From Diplonema japonicum (taxonomy: Eukaryota > Protista > Euglenozoa: Diplonemea), in contig OZ025676.1 in the NCBI GenBank assembly GCA_964019335.1, positions 558,001 through 622,000 of the forward strand: DNA of 64,000 nucleotides, read 5' to 3'. Positions 1 through 10,522 of the stretch are shown in pieces (the stretch's first letter is position 1; each line of letters opens with the position of its first letter). Both the position numbers and the translations under genes were made by a program. The notes beneath the pieces were generated by a model that was given only the letters and a program-made list of their open reading frames with translations, did no database searches and had not been told where the DNA came from.

Positions 1-1010
1 GGGACGATGAAGAAATCAGCGAACATCCCCGTCTGCGCTACCACGTGGGCAAGGCCCGGTTGTTGTGTGCAGATCCCGCCCAACGCCTCGATTTTCTTCT
101 CTAAATTCCGGGACTTCACCACAGACTCCAGCCAGTTGGACCTGAGAGCGTGCACACAGTTCTCTTCAGAATGTTCCGCGAATCTCCCGATGAAACGGAT
201 GGCGAAGTCCGAAGCAACATCGACAAGATCCTGTTCGGCGATTCTAATAATCCGCGTGCCGAGGCCTTTCCGAGTCCCGCAGAACCGTGCCCCCAACGGG
301 CCCTTGGCAATAGTTTCAAGGATTTCAAGGTAGTTAAGGAGCATCAAGATGTCATCCCCCACTGTCTCAACACCATCAACCACAGCATCCAGGGCGCCGA
401 TGGTCTCGAGGAAGGTGAAGAGGTCTGTGTCTGTGCCTGCTTTTTGGATCAGGACCTCAAGGATGCGTAAGGCTTCCACAGACCTTGTTTTGAACTTTTC
501 TTGCAAACTGTCGACGATTTTCGTATGTGTGGTCAGGACGCTCCTCGAGAGGTGGTCGCCTAGAAGCCCCCCCAGGGTTCTCGCTGCGGTGAGGGACGTC
601 GTGGGGTTGTCGTCGCACATCAGCGTCACAAGATGTTCCAAAAAATAGAATTTGTTCTCTTCTTGAAGTTTTACAATGTGTCCCGGGACACACACCTCAG
701 CGAACACCATTGCCAGGGCTTGCCGTCCCTTCTGCGACCCGTTCTGCACTGTGGCTTCGACAACTTGGTTCATCGCTCCACCCAAGATGATGCTCGCCCC
801 TACTTTAGTTCTGGACACTTCCTGCAGCACCCTTTCTGCGCTTGGTCCCACATCTCCTTCCCTTTCTAGTAGCTCTAATACAATCTTCAAATCGGTCATC
901 AGTGCTTCAATGTACTCCTCCCGCCCCCCTCGCAAGCCCCGCACCAAGGCGTCCATCCCTGAAAGGACCTGCTTCGTGTCCGAGGACTTCAGTGCTTCGA
1001 TGTGTTCCAT
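1..1010 (-). CDS. PSMD5: 26S proteasome assembly chaperone S5b/PSMD5-like ARM/HEAT protein, runs off the window edge
   Basis: Manual minus-strand translation from ATG at 1010 (MEHIEALKSS...) is open to position 1 and is absent from the ORF track. Helical repeat protein; DDILMLLNYLEILETIA..GARF resembles the conserved PSMD5 segment DDVLVRATCIEMVTSLA..GRQY. Confidence 0.65.
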   Translation of the reverse strand, partial: MEHIEALKSSDTKQVLSGMDALVRGLRGGREEYIEALMTDLKIVLELLEREGDVGPSAERVLQEVSRTKVGASIILGGAMNQVVEATVQNGSQKGRQALAMVFAEVCVPGHIVKLQEENKFYFLEHLVTLMCDDNPTTSLTAARTLGGLLGDHLSRSVLTTHTKIVDSLQEKFKTRSVEALRILEVLIQKAGTDTDLFTFLETIGALDAVVDGVETVGDDILMLLNYLEILETIAKGPLGARFCGTRKGLGTRIIRIAEQDLVDVASDFAIRFIGRFAEHSEENCVHALRSNWLESVVKSRNLEKKIEALGGICTQQPGLAHVVAQTGMFADFFIV

Positions 1011-1172
1011 ATAGTTTTTAGTATTTTTTTTTTTTTTAATCCTTGCGGGGCAGATATGGATTTAACCACTTCAGAGAGAGGAATACTAACTGGCACTAAG
1101 GAGCACCTTCCCGGTAGGGGAACGGGAGGGAGAACAAAATAGTTGAGAGATTCCCCGGGTTTGCGAAAGTGC

Positions 1173-1505
1173 TTACGCCACAGCGTAGAGAGTGCGGCCT
1201 TGCTTCTTCAGGGCGAAGAGGATGTCAGCGGCACGCACGGTCTTCCTCCCTGTGAGCTCCAAGAGGGTCGCGGTGTCGGCCATCACCTTGTCCACGAAGG
1301 ACCTCAGGATGGTCCTCGCCTCGTCGTAGGCGCTCGCTGCGATCCTCTTGCACCCACCACGCCTGGCGATCCTCCTGATGCTCCCCTTCGTGATCCCACG
1401 GCTGCTGACCTTCGTGTTCCTCTTCCCACCACCACCCTTCGTCACATTCTTCGACTTCGAGGTCACTGACTTGCCCTTCGCGGAGGTCTTTCCTTGGCCG
1501 GCCAT
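1173..1505 (-). CDS. Divergent histone H4 (variant-like)
   Basis: GITKGSIRRIARRGGCKRI, RKTVRAADILFALKKQGRTLY = H4 histone fold; atypical N-tail and C-terminus. Confidence 0.9.
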   Translation of the reverse strand: MAGQGKTSAKGKSVTSKSKNVTKGGGGKRNTKVSSRGITKGSIRRIARRGGCKRIAASAYDEARTILRSFVDKVMADTATLLELTGRKTVRAADILFALKKQGRTLYAVA

Positions 1506-2012
1506 TGTTTTTTTTCTCTCTTTTTTGCTAAACCTTTACAATTACAAACGGGTGAACAAAGTAATAGGGGGAAAAAAAAAAAAAAAAAAAGCACGAAGGA
1601 AATTTATGGAGAGGTAATAAAACGAGGTATAAAAATAAAGAAATAAAACAGGGGGGAAACGGGAAGAAGAAGACATGAATTGCGCTCTAAACGCCCGTTC
1701 ATCAGGGAAGGGAGCACCTCGCCAAAGAGGGTAGCATGGAAAAGGTTTATCTGGCGAGGGAGATGCGGTGGGTTTTGTTTCTCTTCTTCTTCTTTTTTTT
1801 TTTTTTTTGTGTATTACAAAGAAATAAAATAAAGGCTAGCGAAAGGAATTTTTTTATTTTCAAAAGTAAGATTTTGTCTATTGGGGAGGGACTAAGGGGA
1901 ATAAAAAGACAAGTGGACAATGCTTCAGTACACTACAGCTGCCCTGTCGAACAGGACTCTTGACTGCCTCCAACACCTAGCAGCAAGCACTGCTGTGCAT
2001 ACTTTACTACCT

Positions 2013-2981
<969 letters not shown>

Positions 2982-3051
2982 CTAATACGAAAGACACTGA
3001 TGACAACCTGATGCTTATATACGTGTGCGTGCGTGTGTGTGTGCTCTGTAG

Positions 3052-4302
3052 CTAGAGTTCATCATCCATGCTAGCAATGAAACCGCCTGCGCTGCTGGTG
3101 CCTCCAAGGAGTTCCTCCATTGATTTCGGTGCGGCGGACTTCGCTGCTGGTGTCTTCTTCGCCTTCTTGGGGGCGCTCTGAGGTGATGCTGCTGGAGATG
3201 CACGTTTCTTGGAGGCCGGAGCAGCAGCCCCGTCGTCCCTAGTCTCTTTTTGCATCATGTTGAGGGCAGCTTCCGGTTTGTGCTTCATGCATGCCTCGCC
3301 TGCTTTACACTTCTTGCACCTTGGGCCGTCGTTGTTGTGTTTCCCGCACGGCTTACCCATCTCACACCTTTTACAACCCCCCTTCGCCTTGGGCGGCTTT
3401 GCTTCTTTTTTCGGTGCAGGTTTGGCAGGGGCAGCGGCAGGAGCAGGAGCAGGAGCAGGAGCAACGGCGGCAGGAGCTGCAGGTGTGGGTGCAGCAGGTA
3501 CAGCTGGTGTGGGTGCAGCAGCTGGGGGTGCCTCACCTCTTTGGAGTGCCTCAATTTCCTTTTTGATCTTCCCCGCCTCTTCAAAGTTCTCGCTCTCAAC
3601 TGCCTGCAACTTCTTGAGCTGCAGAGCATCGATCTTGTCTTCTGACTCCAGCTCCTTCTTGATCGCAGCCGCCTGTGCGTAGTCTTCCGCCGCCACCGCC
3701 GTTGCCTTCTTCGCCTCGAGTTCCAAACGCCTCGCCGACGGCTGCACCTTAGGCTTAGCTGGTGCTGCAGTGCTGGGGTCCCACCTCTTCATGGTGCCCT
3801 GCTGCACCTTCGTGTCGTTCCAGGACTCGTTTCCCCAGCTGTTCCAGTTCTGGCTGCCCCAGCTTTGCTCGGCTGGTTGCTCTGCAACAGGCGCCTTCTT
3901 CTCAGGCTTTGGCCTTCTTTCCTTCAGTTGTGCTGCGTCGCCCTGTTCCTCCCGCCTCTGCACCATGAAGTGCTCCCCTGCTTGCTCCACTCTGATCTTC
4001 CTCCCGTTGAATGTCCGGCCGGTGAGGTTCGCGATGGCTTTCTGCCTCATCTGCTCAGTGGAGAAGCTGCAGTGTGCGAACCCCTTGCAGTGCCCGGTGT
4101 TGCCCGCCTTCGCCACGTGGATGTTGTTCACACCAGGGTCGACACTCTGCAGGAGGGTGGTAAGCTTTGCTGTTCCTGTCCCCGAAGCAAGCCCCCCAAT
4201 GTACGCCCTGAAAGGCGGCGGCACCACTGAGTGGTCCACGTCATCGATCTCGGGGGGCGTGTCCGTGCTGCTGGAGCAGGAGGAGACTTCGTCGTCTGAC
4301 AT
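3052..4302 (-). CDS. RRM protein (NOL8/Nop8-like RRM) with two UVR-like coiled motifs and two Cys/His repeats
   Basis: RNP2 AYIGGL and RNP1 KGFAHCSF followed by AGEHFMVQRREE (NOL8-like). Two K..AV..E(D/N)(Y/F)..A..IKKE motifs; CKRCEMGKPCGKH and CKKCKAGEACMKH. Confidence 0.7.
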   Translation of the reverse strand: MSDDEVSSCSSSTDTPPEIDDVDHSVVPPPFRAYIGGLASGTGTAKLTTLLQSVDPGVNNIHVAKAGNTGHCKGFAHCSFSTEQMRQKAIANLTGRTFNGRKIRVEQAGEHFMVQRREEQGDAAQLKERRPKPEKKAPVAEQPAEQSWGSQNWNSWGNESWNDTKVQQGTMKRWDPSTAAPAKPKVQPSARRLELEAKKATAVAAEDYAQAAAIKKELESEDKIDALQLKKLQAVESENFEEAGKIKKEIEALQRGEAPPAAAPTPAVPAAPTPAAPAAVAPAPAPAPAAAPAKPAPKKEAKPPKAKGGCKRCEMGKPCGKHNNDGPRCKKCKAGEACMKHKPEAALNMMQKETRDDGAAAPASKKRASPAASPQSAPKKAKKTPAAKSAAPKSMEELLGGTSSAGGFIASMDDEL

Positions 4303-4405
4303 TTTGCTGTGTGTCCCTTTTTTTTCCTTTCACTTTTTTTTTAAATTTTCTTTTGTTCGTTTCTACGTTTGAACAGAATGATCCCATCTATCCCCTCCCG
4401 ATTAA

Positions 4406-4481
4406 TCAGTAGACCATCGTGAACGTTACTGCTTCCTAAGTCATGGTCGGTCAGAGAGCTGGGTTAGTATTGCGTCATCAT
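4406..4481 (-). ncRNA. Box C/D snoRNA type A, copy 1 (double guide for LSU rRNA)
   Basis: Minus strand ATGATGA...CTGA(D')...CTGA(D). Guides AACCCAGCTC and CACGATGGTCT are antisense to conserved LSU GAGCUGGGUU and AGACCGUCGUG; flanking terminal stem present. Confidence 0.9.
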
Positions 4482-4529
4482 CGAACGTTGGGGATGGATG
4501 GCAAAATATATAAAAAAAATTGTTTGATT

Positions 4530-4661
4530 TCAGTATTTAATATGCGGTGTTGATCTTTTGTATTGCGGTATCAGGAGGGGAAAGGAAAGGAAGAGGGGGC
4601 AAACCCTCTACCTCTCTTTCGTCCATCAAATTGACGTGCAAATAAGAAGATACGTCATCAT
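4530..4661 (-). ncRNA. Box C/D snoRNA type B, copy 1
   Basis: ATGATGA ... CTGA; guide ATTTGCACGTCA antisense to conserved LSU UGACGUGCAAAU; internal purine/pyrimidine hairpin. Confidence 0.85.
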
Positions 4662-4721
4662 GTCAAAGGCGGGCTTCCAGCCATGCTTCAAAATGTGATT
4701 TTGCCTTTGGGGACATTGTGA

Positions 4722-4801
4722 TCAGTAGACCATCGTGAAGTATTACTGTTGTCCTAAGTCATGGTCGGTCAGAGTGAGCTGGATAAGTATCTTGTCATCA
4801 C
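4722..4801 (-). ncRNA. Box C/D snoRNA type A, diverged paralog with shifted D' guide
   Basis: GTGATGA...CCAGCTCAC-T-CTGA...CACGATGGTCT-A-CTGA. Confidence 0.9.
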
Positions 4802-4861
4802 TTCCTCATCCTCAAGAGGTCGTTAGTTGAAAAAAAAAACAAAGAAATTGTTCCTGACGTT

Positions 4862-4993
4862 TCAGTATTTAATATGCGGTGTTGATCTTTTGTATTGCGG
4901 TATCAGGAGGGGAAAGGAAAGGAAGAGGGGGCAAACCCTCTACCTCTCTTTCGTCCATCAAATTGACGTGCAAATAAGAAGATACGTCATCAT
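4862..4993 (-). ncRNA. Box C/D snoRNA type B, copy 2
   Basis: Core matches 4530-4661. Confidence 0.85.
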
Positions 4994-5052
4994 CTTTTTT
5001 AAAAAGGTTTATTATTATTTTTTTTTAATTTATTTTTCGGCCCTTTGTGTGA

Positions 5053-5128
5053 TCAGAAGACCATCGTGAACGTTACTGCTTCCTAAGTCATGGTCGGTCA
5101 GAGAGCTGGGTTAGTATTGCGTCATCAT
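5053..5128 (-). ncRNA. Box C/D snoRNA type A, copy 3
   Basis: Near-identical to 4406-4481. Confidence 0.9.
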
Positions 5129-5200
5129 GCACGAGGAGGACAGGGTGTGGGCAAGAAACTTTTCAAAAAAAAAATTGCAATTCTGGCAAAAGGTTTGTTT

Positions 5201-5332
5201 TCAGTATTTAATATGCGGTGTTGATCTTTTGTATTGCGGTATCAGGAGGGGAAAGGAAAGGAAGAGGGGGCAAACCCTCTACCTCTCTTTCGTCCATCAA
5301 ATTGACGTGCAAATAAGAAGATACGTCATCAT
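5201..5332 (-). ncRNA. Box C/D snoRNA type B, copy 3
   Basis: Core matches 4530-4661. Confidence 0.85.
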
Positions 5333-5397
5333 GTCAAAGGAGTCCTGCGTGCTGCAGTGGGGTTGTGCTGGGCCTCTTGGCTCCCCTCCCATTGTGA

Positions 5398-5473
5398 TCA
5401 GAAGACCATCGTGAACGTTACTGCTTCCTAAGTCATGGTCGGTCAGAGAGCTGGGTTAGTATTGCGTCATCAT
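5398..5473 (-). ncRNA. Box C/D snoRNA type A, copy 4
   Basis: Near-identical to 4406-4481. Confidence 0.9.
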
Positions 5474-5575
5474 GCACAAGGAGGACAGGTAGTTTTTTTT
5501 TCTTCTTTTCTTTCCCTTCCCCCAGTTCTTGAAAGAACAAAAAAATAAAGAATAACGGGAGGCATGGCAACTGAT

Positions 5576-6081
5576 CTAGTTCTTCTTCTTCTTGGGGCCG
5601 TTGATCTTGCAGAGACCACGGTACTTCTTCTGCCTGTTCTTCCTCTCCTTCAACTGCTTACGGTTGGCGTCCTGTGGGTGAGTGGTGAGTGGGACAATTA
5701 AAAAAAAAAAAAAAAACCTTCTTGGTGCTGAGCCCGAGACGGACGAGCCTGTAGCGGGGCTCAATCTTCTTGGCCTGCGCGAGCTGTGGGAATTTTTTTT
5801 TTGTTTTGTTTTGTTTTGAGCTGTTTTGCTGTGCATACATCGTCGTAGATGAGACCGAAGCCGGTGATCTTGCCACCACCGAACTCGTTGCGGAAGCCGA
5901 ACACAGCGATGGTGTTCTCGTCCTGCACCTTGTACATCTCCGCCAGCTTGGCACGGATCTCAGACTTGGGGATCGTTCCACGCTTGGTGTGGGTGAGGTC
6001 GATCACGAACTGCTTACGGCCAAGAAGAGCATTGTACATGTACTTCCTCGTCTGGATGTTGATGGTACCTTCGCCGCCCAT
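5576..6081 (-). CDS. RPS24: 40S ribosomal protein S24 (eS24); introns 5784-5838 and 5672-5717
   Basis: TRKYMYNALLGRKQFVID, FGFRNEFGGGKITGFGLIYD; splicing two GT-AG introns restores AKKIEPRYRLVRLGL...RKQLKERKNRQKKYRG. Confidence 0.97.
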
Positions 6082-6308
6082 TTTGTTGTATGTATCCTCC
6101 TGTATGTGTTGGCAAAATGTACTTCTGGTGCAAAATAAGAATGTTGGTATTACACATTTCCCCTGCGGCTATAGCTCCCGGATGCGACGGGACTACTGAT
6201 GCGGGGAAAGCTAGTGTTGTTGATTGGTACCTTCTAACCACAATGCTCTGTACATTAGAGGACATAGCGACGTTGGGAAGGCCTTGTAATTGTTGCTATT
6301 TTATTGGC

Positions 6309-7946
6309 TTGTACTTTGCTGTTGTATAATTTGGTTTTCAAGTATATTTTCATCTTGATTAAAAATGTGTGTTAACACTTGGGAGCTTCTCGTGTTGTTG
6401 TGGATCGGTACCTCCTGACCACTCTGCCGCGTGGGGAAGTCCTCGAAGCTGCACAATTTCAGCATTTGCGGAAGAGGCAATACGCCGAGGCGGTGGGTTC
6501 AATCATGAGGGTGGTGACGACCATGTGGTAGGTTGGGACAATGACGAAGAGCAGGGCCCCCAGAACATGGAAGACGAGGGTGAGAAGGGATTCCTTGTGG
6601 AAGGGCCAGAGGAAGCGTGTGCGGTCGCCGAAGAGGCGCATGAGGACGAACCCCACGAGGGCTGGTCCCACAACGAGGTTCAGCCCCAAGAGGCGGGGGT
6701 CGATGTGTGGTCCGTAGATGGCTCCCTCGTAGAGGGCGTGCAGGGAGGCGATCGTGTAGGCCCAGAAGAGAATGTGGTCGGGGCTCGTTGGGTAGAAGTT
6801 CAGGAGCCCCTTGTCGATCTGGAGGTACTTTGAGGAGACAGGGACAACATCCTCCTCCTCCTCATCCTCTTTCTTCGTCTTCTTCTTGTTGTTGTTGTCC
6901 ACTCCCGTGCCCCCTTCTCCCTTGTACTCCTCCGACACCCCGAGCTTCTCACGGAAGGTCCCAAATACGCAGTCCAGACAGTACTGCGGGCCTCCGTAGT
7001 TGCACTCGAACTTCGCGTGGTGCAGGTAGTGGTACTGGTCTGCCTGCCAGTGGTCCTCCCAACCCGAGTGTCCCGCTGCGGGGGCGAGGTTCAGGTGCCA
7101 CCCGTTCCAGTGGAAGACAAAGGGCGACATCTTGAAGTACAGGCTCACCGCCACCGCAGAGTAGTAGTAGACGTGCTCCAAGGGGTGCATCGAGAGCCCT
7201 GCAAAGGGTTCGATGTCGATGTTCCTGTGGTGCAGGGAGTGCACGTACTTGTACAGGGCGCGGTAGTGGATCGTGCGGTGCGCGAAGTAGAAGTGGAAGT
7301 CCCTGTACAGGGGGATCGCTAGTACCCACATCACATTCCAAAGGAAGGTTGTGAGGGCTGTTGTGCTGTTGTCGTTGTTATAACCCATCGTCGTCCACCA
7401 CGAGAACCACGCCTCCTCATCCGTGTCGTATGGGACCCTCCCCTCCGCGAGCAGGTGGTAGTACGCCATCTCCCAGGCACTCCACTGTAGAGCCCCCAGC
7501 GTCGTGTACCACACGTTCTGCACCATCGTCGCGAGGGAAGGGTAGCTGTGCGGGGCATACTTCCGCCTGCTCAGAAAGTGCGACACGAAGTGCCACCACC
7601 CGAAGTACAGGTAGATCACCAGCGTGTTCACCCCACACCGCCTCGCGAACCACGCCCCGTCCCACCGCCCCGCCGCCTCCATGTCGTACGGCGCCAGCAC
7701 GTACAGCGCAGCAGACAGCAGCAGCCACATCAGGTTCGGCGTCATCAAGATGGTCCGCACCACGTTCCAGGGCTGAAAGAACAGCTGCCCGGACATGCTC
7801 GTCTCCCCGGGGCGCTTCTTCAGGTCCACCCACCCAGCAGGGCGGAAGATGCTTCCCCCTGACAAGCCTCCGAGAGACAACAGGAACGACATGGTGGCTT
7901 TTCTTGTTCAACTGGCTGAAGAACTGACGGGGGGGGTTGCAAGGCA
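6309..7946. repeat. ~1.64 kb direct repeat, copy A (carries desaturase gene)
   Basis: Matches 15848-17484 (offset 9539); the only difference I spotted is one G in a homopolymer. Confidence 0.95.
6459..7892 (-). CDS. Sterol desaturase / fatty-acid hydroxylase family protein, copy 1
   Basis: His boxes HRTIH, HSLHH, HYLHH; multiple TM segments; extra C-terminal TM region; intronless. Confidence 0.9.
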   Translation of the reverse strand: MSFLLSLGGLSGGSIFRPAGWVDLKKRPGETSMSGQLFFQPWNVVRTILMTPNLMWLLLSAALYVLAPYDMEAAGRWDGAWFARRCGVNTLVIYLYFGWWHFVSHFLSRRKYAPHSYPSLATMVQNVWYTTLGALQWSAWEMAYYHLLAEGRVPYDTDEEAWFSWWTTMGYNNDNSTTALTTFLWNVMWVLAIPLYRDFHFYFAHRTIHYRALYKYVHSLHHRNIDIEPFAGLSMHPLEHVYYYSAVAVSLYFKMSPFVFHWNGWHLNLAPAAGHSGWEDHWQADQYHYLHHAKFECNYGGPQYCLDCVFGTFREKLGVSEEYKGEGGTGVDNNNKKKTKKEDEEEEDVVPVSSKYLQIDKGLLNFYPTSPDHILFWAYTIASLHALYEGAIYGPHIDPRLLGLNLVVGPALVGFVLMRLFGDRTRFLWPFHKESLLTLVFHVLGALLFVIVPTYHMVVTTLMIEPTASAYCLFRKC

Positions 7947-10396
7947 CGGTAGGCATATGTAAAGAGTAAAATAATGGATAAGACCTCCCAAGGACGGTTA
8001 GGGATACTGAGTGCAGGTATGGGAGCCTCCTGCTTGGGGTGAAAAATCAAAGGTAGAACAAGGTGGTGGCACCTTTAACAGTTGTTCGTTAAGGTATAAG
8101 AGGCTTAGTGGTAGTCTTGCATCTGGTTTTTTTTTTTCTTCTTCTCTTTTCTATGCCCCTTCTATCAGAGGATGACGGCTCCAAAGAAGAAGGAAAAAAA
8201 AAAGGAAAAAGGAAGAAGATAGGGGTACTTTCTTGCTTTCTTTATTTTCTTTTTTTTTCTCTTTTTTTTTTCTAGCAGACTTCGCCTCCGTGCTACAGAA
8301 TGGATAAAAGGGGGAGGAAAGAGGGGGGGGGGGGGGGGGGGAGAAATCTTTTTGTTTTTCTTTGGCAATGATACTTTTAACTGTGTTGTTACTTTCTTTT
8401 TTTTTTAATAAATACTATTCACCTCAATTTTTCCCCTTCGCCTCCCCCGCTTCCCCCAGTAATTCTCCTCACTTGCCCTCCAGAGAGACGAAGGACGTAA
8501 TATAAAAAAAAAACAAAACAAAAACAAAAAAAGGCTTGAATTTTTCAACGTCAAGTAAGGCGCAGCCACAACCAAAGTGGACCATTGAGCACATGGGAGT
8601 GAGTGTCTGCAGAGTCTTGCAAACATTGGAGTGGACTTACTTGTGGCTGCACACAGACATAGCATGGAATAAAACAAAATATATGTTGCTTAATAATAAC
8701 ACCCACCCATACCAGAAGGATAGGTCCTCTTGTGCGCCGGAAATACAAAAAATAAAAATAAAAAACAGAGTGGAAGTAATTAAAAAGAAGGAGAAAAAAA
8801 AAGTGAAATTGCTAATTGTGACGAAGTGGTGGATGGGGGGAGGGATGATGTGTGGTGTTCAACACCCCCCCCCCCCCCCCCCTTGTTATTTTCCCTCCCT
8901 GCACGCAGCAGCGGTTTTTTTTTTTTTTTTTTTTTTTTTTTTGCCTCGTCCCCTCTCCCCCTCTGAAAAAAAAATTGTCTAGTGGTGCCATGCAGTATGT
9001 GGCCACCCTTATGAACCCAAATTTCCCTGAGGTTCCGTAGAAAATAAAAGTGGAGAGAACATGTTATCAGAGACCTGTCGGACCCTCCCTGTGCGTTGTA
9101 ATAGGATAAGGGACTCTCCGTTGAGGGCAATGTTAACTGGCGCCACGTGTAGTGTAGGGTGTCTCCCTCCTGACCACAAATTACCAGGAACCACCACAGG
9201 ACAGGGAGAAAGGAAGAAGAAAAAAATAAATGGGTTTGTTAAAAAAAATTATTTTAGAGATTTTTTGGTAGGTTTAGAGATGATAAAAAAGAAGGGGGTA
9301 ATAATACTATGAAGGGAGGGGGGGGAAAAGAACGAAAGAAAAATGGGAGAGAAGTACCTAGCAGCAGGCAGCTACTGTTGATAGCAAGAGGCCCAAGGCA
9401 AGTGGGCCATCTTACAGGCAACTGGCGCTCTGTACTGCACAGCACGACTGGAAAGTCCCCCTTGCGCAAAAATATTTAAAAAAAAAAAAGAAAAGAAAAG
9501 GCTGGAAAAAAAAAACTTTTTTTTTCTTTCCTACACCATACCATTTTTATTTCTCTAAAACTAAAAAAGAAAAAAAAAAGAAGGGAGGGAAGGTCCCTTA
9601 AGTGGAAATGAGGCAAAAAAAAAAAACTTTATTTTATTTTATTGAAAAAAAAAATGAAGAATCGCTGCATTATTTTGATATCTATGGGAAAAAAATGGGG
9701 GGGAAAGAATAGGGGGGAAAAAAATGAAAACACAATGGCTCAAATATGTGTCGCAACAAGAGGGGTATGGGGGAACTGAGGGATGAAAAAACCATTCCAC
9801 TTTTTTTCTCCGTTTTTTCCCCCCGACAGTTGCTTCTTTACTCGGGCCATGTAATCCTCATGTGTTGCAAGCAAAATATTCCACTTTTCGCCACTAAGAG
9901 AGACAGTGAGTGCCCTGTGGCCAAAATGAATCACTATTAAGAAAAAAAGAAAAACCCCCTTCTCATCGCTATGCGCCATCGAGCTATCATTAAAAAAAAT
10001 AAAGGTAAAAAATAAAATCAATGGATGAGGAGAAGTCTTATGCTTCCTCCCGCCCGCCCCTGTTTTTTTTTTTTCTTTTTTTGTTTCACTCCCATCAATA
10101 AGAAAAAAATTCAATTTCCTTTGGAAAAAAAAAACCCCTTCCCGATGTCTTTAAAATACGGTAAAACATAACTGACCAGAAACGAAAGAAGGAAAAAATA
10201 AAAGTGTATTCACATAAAAAAAATTCCTTTTTTTCTTTAAAAATTTCAATTCTAAGGAAAAGAAAAAAAAAAATAAGAGAAAAGAGAAAAAAAAAAAACT
10301 ATGCTAGAGGTAGGTTTTTTTTTTTTTTTCTTTTAAATTTCCTTCCTTTTGTTTTATGTATTTTTGTCAGAATTCCTTTCTTCTCTGGAATAAGGG

Positions 10397-10436
<40 letters not shown>

Positions 10437-10522
10437 AGAAGAAAGAAAGATAGATCAAGAAGCACGTCACGTTACCACAAACACAGGGAAGAAAAAATAA
10501 ATAAATAAAAAAAAAACCCCCC

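Noticed and set aside
4406-5473. CRISPR-like repeat/spacer array
   Set aside because: Units are 76-132 nt with C/D boxes and rRNA-antisense guides; eukaryotic context, no cas genes.
9450-9461. GGAAAGTCCCC, RNase MRP CR-I-like motif on the plus strand
   Set aside because: Followed by homopolymer tracts with no GGGGCU partner, and antisense to the cluster.
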